Origin: Perkinsus chesapeaki ATCC PRA-425
Taxonomy: Eukaryota > Protista > Perkinsozoa
Assembly: GCA_013115145.1 (NCBI GenBank)
Contig: JAAPAO010000047.1
Location: 40,425-104,424 of the forward strand
Length of the DNA: 64,000 bases
Reading direction: 5' to 3'
Part shown: positions 50,316 to 63,510 of the stretch, piece by piece
Layout: each line of letters starts with the position of its first letter
Position numbering within the stretch: position 1 is the stretch's first letter
Notes under the pieces: generated by a model
The model's database searches: none
What the model was told of the DNA's origin: nothing
What the model saw: the letters and a program-made list of their open reading frames with translations, nothing else
Program-made: the position numbers and the translations under genes

Positions 50316-50400
50316 CATGGTCAAACGGTGCCTATACTTGAGAACCAGCGATTACCTGCAAGAGGTTATCCTTGATCACATGCCGAGGCGAAAAGCATGA
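50316..50400 (+). pseudogene. Orphan copy of the CFAP299 terminal exon and its upstream intron end
   Basis: CATGGTCAAACGGTGC..AGAACCAGCGATTACCTGCAAGAGGTTATCCTTGATCACATGCCGAGGCGAAAAGCATGA ([18 protein letters not shown]) versus 39043-39127 ([18 protein letters not shown]). Confidence 0.85.
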
Positions 50401-51205
50401 TGATGCATCGGATGATGCGTTTGCTATGGATTAGAAATCTTGTCAAGTGGTTTTACTCTATCCTCCTGGATAGGTCGCCAAAGCATACTACCCGACTTGT
50501 GCGATACGTCTTGGTTGGCCTTGGCGCACACACGCATAAAGTTTTTGGGTCGGAAAAGCGTTTTACTCACTCCGTAGTAAGCAGCTGATCAGTGAGGGCT
50601 TGGCCGGCGACGATAATTATCGTAAATTACGATTCGTAATGGTTAGATAAGGGGCTTGAGTTGCTAAAATCTTTTTTCTCACGAATCCGAGGTACATGAT
50701 CATCATAGACGCTAACTGTCAAGCCTTAACCGTCCGGTTGTGTGGGGCAGGGTACATGAGCAACATGTGGTACACAGTACACGTTATCGTCAGTAGGCCG
50801 GTAGTCCGATCAACCTGAATCTACCGTCTCTGACGTACCTTAGTGGCATTCATTTCAGCTATCTAAATCACAATATATGACTATCTATCTGGTATACCAC
50901 GTGCGCAACTTCAGACAGATGGCTAGGCCACTTGTAGGAAACAGGTTAGCTGGGTAAGTTACTTCTAAGCCTAGATGATGATTAAAGGAGGCACGCTGCA
51001 GGAGGATAACAGGAGCCAAGGCACAATCAGAGCTTTACGATTACCTCTTCGAGTCTGGTCGGTTATTTTCTGGTATACTTCGCCTCAATAGTCTTCAGGT
51101 GACCTAAACCAAGTCACGCCTTGAGATCGGGCATGAACAGTCTTACCAGTAGACACTTGAATATTGCATATTGTAGTTAGTTCACGCTCACTTTCTCCAG
51201 GATTT

Positions 51206-51399
51206 ATGCGACTCTTCATCAGCACTATCGTTCTATCATTTCTGGTGCCTCTCACTCTAGCAGGCAGCATCGATCCCAGCAATAAGGATCTGTTGCGCAA
51301 GCTCAAGATAATAACACTGTTTGAAGACTGTTCTGATGACAAATGCCACTGCGACTATATGACCGGTGAGTCACCGGCGGTGACTGCCACTGCGTTTAG
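51206..51399 (+). pseudogene. Small secreted Cys-rich peptide gene, paralog 1 (frameshifted by a 14-nt insertion)
   Basis: MRLFISTIVLSFLVPLTLAGSIDPSNKDLLRKLKIITLFEDCSDDKCHCDYMT, then the ancestral GDCHCV* tail (GGTGACTGCCACTGCGTTTAG, stop 51397-51399) in a shifted frame. As written, the ORF reads on to 51469. Confidence 0.7.
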
Positions 51400-53117
51400 C
51401 CACAACTTCAAGCACTGTGGCACTTTTGGTGTTTTGGTAGCATTTGAACCATCAGAAGAGTTATTATAGAGACTGGGTAAGATCTGTCTTCCATGGTCTC
51501 ACGTATGCACCTTCAGTCGCAGCGACTGAGTCGCTCCGGCTTGCACTCCAGCTATCATCAACTTTGTATGTCTGATAAAGTTAACGCTAGGTCGGTGCCT
51601 GAGTCACTACGTGCTTTCTGAGAAAAAACTGACGATCCAAGTTGTATGTCTCTGCCTTCCAACTCCAGCCGCTGTGTTTAGTCGATTCTCGAAAGCTGAG
51701 ACAGAAAGACTCAAGCCAGTGAGGCAATGTGGACGAAAGTTCTCCTGGAAGGAGTGATCTTATAAATTTTCAGTAAAACGACATACGTACCATTGCCAAA
51801 GTCTGTGTCACAGAAGACATGCAAGTTTGATTAGCCCGGGTCACAACTACTGCAATCATTTACGCGGTGCCCGTCCATTGGTATGAATATGGGTGGGAGT
51901 TTTCCGCTTTCATGGACACTAAGTATATCTCATGGTTATCTCCGGGCTTTCCCTGTGAGGTGTTCCATACTATTTGCTAGGGAGAGCGTGGACGATATTC
52001 CGTGCTTCGCATTCGGTTTTTTGATGAATAACCAAATGATTAATTAATGAATTGGTCATTTAATTTAATTTGGTAATTTGTTATTGAATAATTTAGTCGT
52101 TCCCGGCAGCTCTTGAACAACCATTATCATTATAGTACGATAGGAGGTTTATTCGAAAAAACTCGCTTTGAACGGTTGTATGACATCGTCTGTTTCATCC
52201 CAGCTGGAATTATATGCTACATGTGCCAAAATCTCGTGATGAAATCTGAGTGTCGTCTGCGCACCGAGCAGACAGAAAGGACTCTAGCAGAAACCTTCAG
52301 AAGGATTCTGAAGATGAAAATCATTTTCAATTTTCAATTTTCTGGCAATTTCCCCCAGAAGGACTCCTTCTGAAACATAACCCGCGGCACAGATGAACGT
52401 TATAAGCTCAGTACAGGCCGCATGAAGTATAATAGAGCGAGAGCAGTTTAACGTACGATTGGCGAAGTAGTTCAGCTGTTAACAGGCCGTTACTGACTTG
52501 CTGGAAGTCTATTCCCACGCTTACGGGAATGAGCCCCCTTTAATGAGATCACGCGAGTGGCTTTAGGATGCACTGCAGGGGAACCGAGTCTGCTGAACTC
52601 GCCTATCATCCTCAAAACCAATAACCGAGCAGCACAGCGACATGCATGTTGCATGATGCAACGTATCCTTGATGTCATCGTATCGTTCGCGGAGCGAACT
52701 TCGCTCTCTCGTCACAATGATGCTTGTTCACAACCATCGCTCACTTGTTCATGCCTAGAGTACGGCAATATGGTATGGAGCCAGGCTGACTCCTTTCTTT
52801 TCCGTCTTGACTGGCGATTCATCTATATCCGGTATTGTGTAACTCGGCTTATAAAGAGCGCCACGCGCAATGGTGTGAAGCAAGTAACACTGGCCGTAGA
52901 AGCGCTGTAGTGCACTATTCTGGTGTATGTATACTTTATGATGAATTCTAGCATGCAAGGATGAACAGATTCATCAAATGAGGAACATATCCAACACAAC
53001 TAAACTTTGGAAAATGGCTCTCATTTAAGACAGCGCCAAGAGTGAGGAGGCTCGTATTTGCGCGGTGCATAATTGGCTTCGCAAATGCGAGATCCATTTC
53101 CCATTTCCCCTACATTC

Positions 53118-53291
53118 ATGCGCTTCTTCATCATTATCGTTGTATTATTCCTGGGAGTCGTCTGTATCGAATGTGATATCGATAACAACAAGAGAGATTT
53201 GTTGCGTCAGCTGCATCTGAAGAGGCAATGTGAGCATTGTTCTGCTGACAGTTGCTACTGTAGCCATACCGGTGATTGTCACTGCGTTTAG
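53118..53291 (+). CDS. 57-aa secreted prepro-peptide with a six-cysteine mature region, paralog 2 (intact)
   Basis: MRFFIIIVVLFLGVVCIEC-DIDNNKRDLLRQLHL-KR-QCEHCSADSCYCSHTGDCHCV*: signal peptide, pro-region, dibasic site and Cys-rich tail. The paralog at 51206 supports coding status. Confidence 0.75.
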   Translation: MRFFIIIVVLFLGVVCIECDIDNNKRDLLRQLHLKRQCEHCSADSCYCSHTGDCHCV

Positions 53292-53954
53292 TCACGACCC
53301 TATAACCGGCTCAGTCTAAGATCCAGCTTATGCTTATATGAGAAAACTAATGCTTTTGTTCGACACATTTTACTATCAGATCTTGCGATGGAACCTCTAG
53401 TTGCCCAAGCTGAATGTCTCTGTCATCTAACTTGCAGTCTTGTGTTTATCATGTTATACACGGCAGAGGCAGAATGCTCTGAGCCATCATACCAATCGAA
53501 ATCTTCCACTTGTTCGCGACGCTTTGATTGTTCAAAACGACACAATGAAATGTTGATGGGAAACGATAAGTGATTTATGGTTACAATGGTATCAGCGTCT
53601 TACTGAGTCGAGCCGAGAGAAACGGTCGCCGTCTTTTCATATAAGTGCACGTCAGGTGCAGCACGTGGCCAGCCGCATATTGACACAAAGCTGATACTAG
53701 AAATCACATGGGAAACCTTCGGCCCGCACGCCGGATTGCGGAGATAGTCGTACACAGTCGGGCATGTGAACTCCTGAGAGGCAAGTTTAGAGAGAAGGGA
53801 AGTGGGAGACGGGCGATGGGGCCTATACAGACCCAGCTTGGAAAAATGGGGATGAGTGATCGCAAGTAGAGAGGCCTTATCACTTCTTCCGCGAGTAAGC
53901 AACAGAAACCGCCGCGCGGGGGCGAGCGGAACACCCCTGTGTAGCGGGGTGTAG

Positions 53955-54094
53955 AGCGGGAATTTGTCGGCCTGCAGTGTATTGAAATATCACTGCAGTG
54001 GTTTGGTAAACATTTGTCCTTCCCGAATACGCCGAGACCTCCCATAGGCAGCGAGTCTATCAGTTCTTCTGAGTTCTTCTCTTCAATTATATCT
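53955..54094. repeat. ~140-bp dispersed repeat, copy B
   Basis: Aligns to 36542-36681. Confidence 0.9.
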
Positions 54095-54941
54095 ATATAT
54101 TTTATACTAAATCGATCGACCGTTTCGTTGATGAAACGGCTGGTCAGCCGCCTATACTATGGAAGCTTTCTCGAATTTGAGCTTATTCAGCCGTGTACTT
54201 ATAAAAGCGAAGGCAAAGAATTTTTCGCTGGTCTTCGGTCATAAGGTATTGAGCTGGTGTTGGACCCAACATATGAGAGTTCGAGTGAAAATGAGCTACC
54301 AAGTGAAAAATGTTACAGTCTGCCCTGGCACAGTCCCAGCAGGCGTTTAGCATCCTAGAAATGAGTTAGTGGTGCATTCTCTGGTAGGATATGTCATTTG
54401 GGATACTCTGGGCAGGATGCAGGGTATTGACCTGGCTATCCATGAAGTGTATAACCTACTTCGTGACAGTTGCATAACAAAATCGCACGCTGGGCGCGCG
54501 CGAAATGTAGCTGTCTCGGCGACGTCCCTTCTTACCGTAGTATTGATCATTTAACGTTGTTGAGTCGCCTTTGCTGCCATCAGTCATTTTCTGTCTTGCG
54601 AAGACTATATTCCGTTTGTTGCCTGGCAACTCATGATGGCTGCCTTTTAAGTATCACAAATAGCCTTGGGTAAATCTCTTCTAGTGTCTCTTCTCACGTA
54701 ATGTGAATGTGATTTGCGTTAGATGCGAGTGTCAGTCCTCTAGCGTAGCCTTACAAACCCACATCATCGACAATGAAACGGTCGAATAATTTTAATTGTA
54801 AGGCTGGTTGACACGAGTCGTTCCGAACCACTGCATCACATATTCCGCTCGATCCCAGGACTGGGCAGTGCCACTTGAAATGTCCTCTACTTGGAGTAAA
54901 CGCAAAGACTTTCATTCAATTCAACCCACACCAGTCACACT

Positions 54942-57900
54942 TCATGATCCAACGTCAGGGCGAGATGCTTCATCAGATCCCGCCGATTCCTTTGGGAAGA
55001 AGTAAACCCTAAAAATGCGATACAGCATTTCCAACCATTCCCTTACGGTAGATGATTCTCGTTATCTTCTAGATATTTCGTAAGGCATTCTTTAATTGCA
55101 CCCTTCCATGAGGGTGGCAACTTCCCCTCCATTTGGGCTAGCATCTGGGCAATGTATCACTAGCCGGAATACAATCGAGAGTGGTACCTCATCCGTGATT
55201 GCTTCTTCATTCGCTAGCAGTTCACTGCTCCCCTCTATCACTGCTCTGACTGGCTCAATCACTTCCTTATCCTTATCACTTGCCAGCATTTTCATAAAGC
55301 TGGTGAACCTGGATGCAGGCAAAGACTCAATGTGATACGGGTTGAATGGGCGACCAACTAGGGCGTCTATAACAACTTAGTTAACGCTCATCACTTTTCT
55401 GGCCGATCATGCTACATATAATAATATGCGATTCGTATTTGGGATTGCTAACCCCTACTGACTAGCATGTGAAAGCACATCATTTTATTTTATTTACCAA
55501 ACTCAGAAGGCAATACGGTGCGGATTCAGAAGGCACGTTTGCCTCCGCATCTACTGACCCTTCCAGATGGGTATCGAGAAGGCAAAAAACCGAACACTGA
55601 TTATAAAACTACTTTACACTTCTTAATCTGCTCATACCCATCATGGACTAGGGCCTGACCCCAATCATCATCCAAATAGTCTACAATCGACTTCACTTGA
55701 CCATCTGAGCATCTGTTAGACCTACGAGATTCATCCTCCACCAGACAAATGCCGCACTTACAAGTTATTAAGATATGAAACAGGCATGCCTACAATGCTC
55801 CACAAGTTCTGCAGCTCTAAAGGCTCACCTCCGAGGTACCTAACATTCCCCTGTGCTTCGAGCTAGGGGCCTTCTATGTACGTGAACTCGGAGACTCTGC
55901 CTAATTTATCGATTGCTAATCGACAGTACTGGCCTGTGGCTGATGAAAGATCAAGGTCATCTGTCACAATGGTATCTAAACTGCCCTAAGCTAATACACC
56001 GGGTAGGCCACATGTCTCACCGGATGTGATTGCTGGGAGATGCTCGTCGGCAGGCGCAATGAGCCGGTAAAAGTGCAGCAGGCCGGGTAATAATCCAGCC
56101 GTTACGTGTGGTGAAGAAAAACGAGGCAACTTGACATCCTGAAGGAGTTCGGTGAGTAGTTGAGTTAGTTGAGAGAGTGAAACCCTTACAAGGCACTTCC
56201 CCTCGTTATTCGCTTCCGACTGAACTTCGTGTGAACAGCAGCAGCTGCTGTATGAGAGATCGCCAGACGCTTCGGCTGCTGCATGTTGGGGGTCTATACA
56301 TCTGACAGATAGTGAATGAAGACCAAAACAGGAAGCGATTTTCACAACTCTAAATGAGCATCATCTTATACTTGTATCATGAAGAGCTGAGTTGATGATT
56401 TTGAGCTGCTAGAGTAGGGCGGCTCTGCCGGGTTAACAAATCTTAAAATGTTACTCGTGATAGACTAGCCTGTGAGTTTACAATTGGAGTGGGATTACAG
56501 TGTAGGTTCCGTTTTCAGAAGGTGAAATGAGCTAGGTTCTTAACATTGTACAATCATGATAAATCTCCATCGAAGAAGCGACCATCCTCAATAGACGTAT
56601 CTCACTTCACTATTGCCTCCGCCAACCTGTCGCCAACTTCTCTCCCGTTGTATTTATCTTGACGAAGGCTCTGATGGAACTCTGTCATACCATATATAAC
56701 ATAAAGTAGTCGAGTATTTTCCGCACTACTAGCAATCTTTCTTCCATCCAATGGGGCTACTTTCACATACCGACGGGAGAACTCACACAAGGTCCCCGCG
56801 GCAAAAATGTTCTTATCAGAAGTTCGGAAAAGATTATCGACAATCAAACGGCCGTCGTATCTGTTCGAGAGACTATTCGGTAGTAGCTCAAGGAAGGCCA
56901 CATGGCTTACACGAGCTGATTATCGTGTATGCATGCAAATACACGCGGATCGATACTGTGACCATCGGCCGTTATCAACACTCGACAGGTAATCTTATAT
57001 CTGATATCATTGAGATGCTTTCGACACTCCATAGGACTAAGTGAACCTCGGAGGGCTGTCATCTCCATCTCTAGGTAGATTTTCAAGTACACCACGAACC
57101 TGACAATGTCATATGATTGTAAAGGATAGTCTACAACAACCTACAGTGTTCCCTCTTGGCCCGTGTATTGCAGCTGGCCTCTCCTAAGATCATGGAAATG
57201 CAGGTCGAGCTCAGCTTATGATGGCTCACCTCTTCACCCAAGATGCCATCTAAGCGTACTGCACAGAGACGCTCACGACTATCAAGTTGAACTCCTGTTA
57301 ATCGGAGGTCGTTGTGGATTCGCACCTGCATGCCACCGTTAGACGGTATTTAGCAGCTATCAACTACGCCAATGCTGAGAAGAACGTCATGAAGCTTCTC
57401 CTCAACGATATCCCCCTCTGCGAAGGCATCCACGGGCAGCACTTCATCCTCATCAGGTATAGTCTCTCGACCTAATGGAGGAGGAGTAAGGATGGATATC
57501 GATAGTAGTGCATCACTCCTCCTCGGGGGTAAGACTAAAATTATCTTCTCAGGAGGAACAAGTCTTCCGAGCAAGCCCTGAATCTGAAACGGTTACTCAA
57601 GACGTGCTGATCAGCAGTAACAGTAGCTTACTGCACAATAAGCATCCAAACTTCTACCATAGATGACAACATAACTCAAAGGGTTCCACATAAGGGACTT
57701 AAGAAGTATAGAGCCATCAGCCAGGATATCATCCAGTGCAGCATCGGCAGTTGATAGGCCTACAAGTCGTACGAGACTAATGCGTGTTTTTCCTGCCTTT
57801 AGCTTCCTACACCCGTTAACATGTTTATAGCCATCAGGAATATCAGCAACTCCGAGAGAGCGAATGTTGAGGGAATGTAATGCATGCTCTTGCAGGCCAC

Positions 57901-60900
57901 AGGTGAGGACCTTTAACATGATGTATGAGATTGTGTAAATGATAAGTTACAGGTACCAAGTAGTCGTAAGGAATATCGACGAGATCATTATGATCTCTCG
58001 TTCCTAAATGGCTGGGTGTCACAGAGATTTGCCTGCTTTCCTTGTCGAGTGCTAACATTCGGGCGTCGAGGATTCTGACTCTAGAGTCCATCATAAGTCG
58101 ACGGAGCTCCCTTGGATTAAACCTGTCGGGTAGACTGTTGAGCGGGCTCGCAAGCATGTTTGATTTACGCGACGGTCGAAGCTGTGAGGCTCCTAACTCG
58201 TCTCAAAGAACTGGGAAGACCTTTCTCAGACTGCTGGCTTTTAAATAACCGAGATAGAGACTCATCTCGACGGGAAGTACCTGCGTGAGAGATTCGATAC
58301 CTTTAGCATGTAGCGAGGTTGCCAGAATGAGCGAAGGGAGAGGTTCTGGTACGATGGGTGATAGACGGCACTATAGTTGGATGGCGCTCCGTATGAGCAT
58401 AATCCCCAGCCCAGTGGTATGGTGGGCCGCTCAGTAGAGAGGTTCGCAGTACTTCCATGGGTTAGCACACGAAGCTTCCTCAGAACAGTGATTGGTGGCG
58501 ACCGCACAGTCACCTTCAAGCTCATCGTCCAGGAAGTAGTTGATACCACCAGGCGCTAAAAGCGTGAGAGAGGTGAAATGAAGAGTTGGTGTAGACAGGA
58601 GGTTGGCCAGCATAGACAGCCCAGCATCAGATGCTCCAACAACAACCTTGAGATTACCAGTGACGCTGAAAAGCGTGGTAGGCTTACGATTCTGGAGTTC
58701 ACAAGGCTCTTCGGGTATAGCATCATACTCTTAGTAATGATCTTCATCGATTGGCACTGCTCATGGTTTTGATACCTGACATGACGATTCTCATGCCGAT
58801 ATGTGATTGCTAAGCAGGTGCCCCGTTAAGCAAGGAAATGGGCGCCTTCGACACAGTGTGGGAACGGCTCTACTAAACTGTTTCGGAATTCCTTCAGATA
58901 AAGCTTGCGTCGTGGAACTATGCAGCAGCAGGCTGCCTATATGGCACAGCTCTACCAGATTCTGTTCATAGAAGAATGGACGTACGATTCTGCCTCGATG
59001 GATCTTCTCCTATCATACTGCTCCTTAAGCAGCATCTCCTGCTTCCCTCCTTCACTTTCAACCCATTCACGTTGTTGCCAGTTTGACATAGATGAGCCAG
59101 ATTGATCCATCTGTGGTAAAGATGAAACACCATGTGCAGTGGAGTAGGGCGATAAATAGGGCTACGTTATTAATACATTCACTCGTATTTCATCTTAATA
59201 GGAGAAAGTCTAGTAATGCAGAGGAGAGCTACACGTCACGACAAAGATGAGCATATCAACCCAGCAGTCGAGTGAATATCAAGTGCTCAAGAATGCGGGG
59301 AGGTTACATCGGCGAATGATGCCGGAACAGGAGGAATCCTCTTGATGGTTTTCACAGCAGGCAGGCGTCGAGGTGTAAGGTGGACCTGCGAAACGAGGTC
59401 AAATAACGATCTGTGAGGTTACCGTACGAGTTCATCGTATATGCCAATTCGTCCAGCATCGCTATTGTTAGCCCCTCTAGTTCCATTTCCAATCCCTGTG
59501 ATAGCAGTATTGTCGATTGTGGTATACCTTCAGGGAAGTGGTAGGGTGGGCGGAAGAGATCGGCACCAGACGTACATTAAACGAGTGCCGAGTGCTGTGT
59601 TTGCCATGTGCAGGAGCCTCCTTGTCTGAACTCTAAGGGACGGTACCACACTCCAATAGGCTAGACGGCAGCAGTAGCTTGCTGGTTTGTAGACAGGTGA
59701 TGATGATATAACGACATCTTCGACATCATAGCAACCTAGATACGAGTTGAGTTGGCATGGGGGCTGCAGAGATGGTGGCGGCACTCACTTCGCAGCATGT
59801 CGATAAATTCGACTGGATCACACTGGTCTATCGGAGGCATTTCAACCTGACATCTAGAGTGAGTGGTGTTTTACCAGTGTGGCTTACCCCGAGTACGGCA
59901 ACAATCTGATTATCTAATCCTATCGTAACAACAACAATCTCATCACTCTGATAGGCACTGACCAAGCGAAACGCTGCTGTATAGAGCTAAATGAATAGCC
60001 TTACCTTTGCAATGCAGCTCGATCATCCTCTCCTAAAGGCGCTGTTGCTGCCCCGATCTTTAACCAATCGAGTGAGCCTTAAAGGAATAGCTAGGCTATC
60101 ACACCTCGCTGGCTACTTCGCACCTTTCCCCGAGCTGAGCGGCAACACGGTAACCTGCCAGTGAGGGTTATGCTGCTGTGATAGTAGAGGACTGCCGGAC
60201 AGTCTAGAGAGGACAGAGTTTCTGCTGGCGAGATACCTACGGCAAGAAGAACTAACGAGTGCTCACTAACGGTACGAAGGAAGAGATGGAAAACTTACAG
60301 GACGTGATGGAAAGTACTGTTGACTTTAGGTTTAATTTGCACAAACATTGATGTGAGTAAGTTACTCTGTGGTAGCTCATGTGGCTGTGTTAAGATGCAG
60401 TACTTCTTGTCTGGGAACCTAAGACGTCAAAAACCAATTCAAACGAGACGACGCTGAGAAACACTATTGCTTGAGGTAATGGTTGCGGTACTAATGAGTA
60501 GGTATAAGATCTCACATGGAAAAGGCGGGCACTAGGAAGTCGTAGCTCTGGCGTTGGTATTGGTGGTCCAAACACAGCATAGTGATGCAAAAGACATCTT
60601 TAACTGATCTGAGCAAGAACTGTTGCACTTTCCAAGAAACAGACTATGGAGTACTGTGGAGCATCTGCTAGCCAGAGATCGTCTGAGGCAGGAAGGGTTA
60701 TCTTGTAGCTCTCTTCCTTGTTCTGTTTTGGCGTCACCGGTGAAGGCATACCATCGATTGCAGGGAGCTCAACCAGTCCAGAGATATTCCTGAGGGCTTT
60801 GTTCGCTTTGAGGCATAAAATACAGTGACGCTTACATGATAGCTTCCTCGAGTATGTCGGATGGGATGACGTCCTCTACTACTGAGGCCTGCGGAATGCC

Positions 60901-63510
60901 GCCCCATAGAGTCAGAACCCACGGAAGCACTGCTGCTCGATCCGACTGAAGGAACATACTGGAACTCCGGTCAATCGGCCTGCAACAACCTACACCAGAG
61001 CTGCCCTCTTGCAGACAATCAAGTATCGTGCTCATACTGAAGGTCTTCAAGCCGGCAGAGGCCTCAGTTTCTGAAAGGCACGCAACTGATGAGAACGGTA
61101 CGCGCAGCGTACCTTGACAGCCCTCTGCATCCGAGGTAGTCTCCATTCCTTCTGCTGGTAACAGAGCCGGGCACCTAACACACCTGGATTTAATATAGTT
61201 AAGCAATCTTTGAAAGATAAGAACGAGCAATATAGATGGGAGAATCGGCCAAGTTGCCTGAGTAGTGAATCTCACATCATTGCCCGTGCGGCAAGCATGG
61301 CTTCGCCAATACCCTTTAGGGTATCCTTTTGAATGGCTAGGAATGCGTCGATCTTATCAACAAGCTCTGCAATCGGCAAAGAAGAAGTCTTCTGTCTGAC
61401 TTGGCCCAACTCGAAGGTAACAAGTTTCACAGCTTTACAGCTCCGCGGTGAAGAGAGTCTCCAGGGCTTCCTTGAAATGATCTTTTGCTGCCTTCACGCC
61501 TCTATCAGCAATAGCCTCGTCCAATGCAGCAAGGGTTGCCAATAAAAAGGCGTTTATCTAAAGACACGGAGCCTCTGAGACAGGTTTTCTTGCGGTCGTA
61601 GCTGACATCGACTTTGCCGCCAGAAGTGTTGCCTTCTTCTATCTCTTCGGATAACGCTTCCCAAACGGCATCGAGATCGAGGGACCGTAGTGTATGCTGG
61701 AGCATATCTCCCTCCGTGAGACGGCTGTCGTGGCCTGCCCGGGGTGGGAGGTTCCACAAATGACTCTGGTGGCTCGAAACCTCACCCTCGCCTGCTGAAC
61801 TCCTTCGACTTCCATTGTTCGACCCACCAGAGGTTGCCATGGCTCTGTGAGCCATCGCAGCGAACCTGCATGGAGATTCTGAATATAAGAACAACTGCAT
61901 CAGTCGATACCGACTTTGACTTGAGCAAGAAATCGTAGTCCTCAAGATGGAAGCATTTGGTAAGAATGTTAACCTGTGGAGGTAGGATACACAGGTTGGT
62001 GATGTTAGTGTATCACATCGACATCAGAAGTGAGACACATCAGCCCTACAGCCTTGCCTGCTTCACCATTCCCGCAAGCATCTAATAAGACGCGTGAGCT
62101 GGACCCTTTATGATGAGCGTACTATTGCGTGGTTCTGCTACGAGAGACTTGTGTGTATCGTCCTGTGCAGCTATGAGCTCAGCTAAGAAGTATCTTCGGA
62201 AAACAGTGTCGTAGATGCATCCAAGAACTGCTCCCTACTGCCCGTAGACGTCAGTAATGACATCACTCTGGGCATCAAAGACTTCTACCAGATTGTCGTG
62301 GTCTTCTACGATCGCTGGGCGTACGAGAAGAGGCGGAAGAATCTCTGCCCGCGAGCTGTGGTAACTAGGAGTAGATTTGTTTTAGATTCAGGTGTATACT
62401 AATTTACATTGTATATCCTGACCTAGCCAATGGTCCGCCACCGGTGACAAGTGAATCTGATAGAGACCTTTCGAAATGACATCTACCGAAGGCAGGACCT
62501 TGAAGTTGGTGGAAAAGGTCAAGATAGGGTCGCAGTCCTAAAGTAAGTGCCTCGATGGCTATCTCGTTGTTGACATGCCTGATAGGTAGCTGCTGAACGC
62601 GCAGGGTAGACATGAGCAGCTCACAAAAGAAGATGGTTTATCTCTGGGTATGTTGCCAGGATCCACCGGCATGCTTCACGTAATACTGAAGGCTGAAGCG
62701 GACTCACGGCGGTGAAGCATCTGACAATAACGATTCTATTTGTCAAGGAATATCCTTGAAGTCAGAGCCTCGTGATATCGGAACCAACCAAGTAATGATG
62801 TGAACGTTATATAGCTGTTTTCTCACCTGAACCATAGCGAGTTGTATTGATATATATTATCATCCTCTGATAGGCATTTCCATTGATGAAATCTGATCGC
62901 CGTTAATGTACTATTCCTGGTATCTTCTATGTGTCACATTAGATTTGGACTCTCGTCACTGTTACTGCTTCCCTCTGTCCTGAGAACGCTTAACTTCCAC
63001 CAAACAACAACCGGAGAAGTTGTGTCCCACGTTTTCGTTATGATGCATGTTTCATCGTGTGCTTCTTCAGCCATCCCTGAAAGCCATGGATTGTGTCTTA
63101 ATACGCCTCAATTTGTCAATATACTATTGGATACTATAATGAAGCCTTTCGCACCTTCCATGCAAGCTGGATAGGTGTCCAAAGTGGCAAACCCGACTAT
63201 TGATGCGTCATCGTCTTCGATAATGACGGATATCGACCTATTATGAGCTGCAGTATGCATGCCGTGTATTAACGCGCTTACGAGGTTTCTATCAGTTGCG
63301 AGATGTCTTCCAAATCACATTGATAGAATTTCTCAATTCGTGATTGAGCTGTCCGATCTGTTGATGCATCATTACTGATAATAACATTTTGTCATTGACA
63401 CTTCACTGTGATCTCTAAACACGTTACCTTCTATAAAGTGCAATAATAGCTTTAATATCGGTTCGTCTAGCTCGCCGTACTGCCAAGCGTACATCTGCTG
63501 CTGTGTTCAT
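54942..63510 (-). CDS. CFAP61: Cilia- and flagella-associated protein 61 (C20orf26/CaM-IP3), many exons
   Basis: N-terminus MNTAADVRLAVRRARRTDIKAII..IETS|SISVIIEDDASIVGFATLDTYP, the family motif RYDGRLIVDNLFRTSDKNIFAAGTLCEFSRRY..KYNGREVG (~56640-56900), YLDDDWGQALVHD, and C-terminal KYLEDNENHLP|VYFFP..GS*. Confidence 0.88.
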
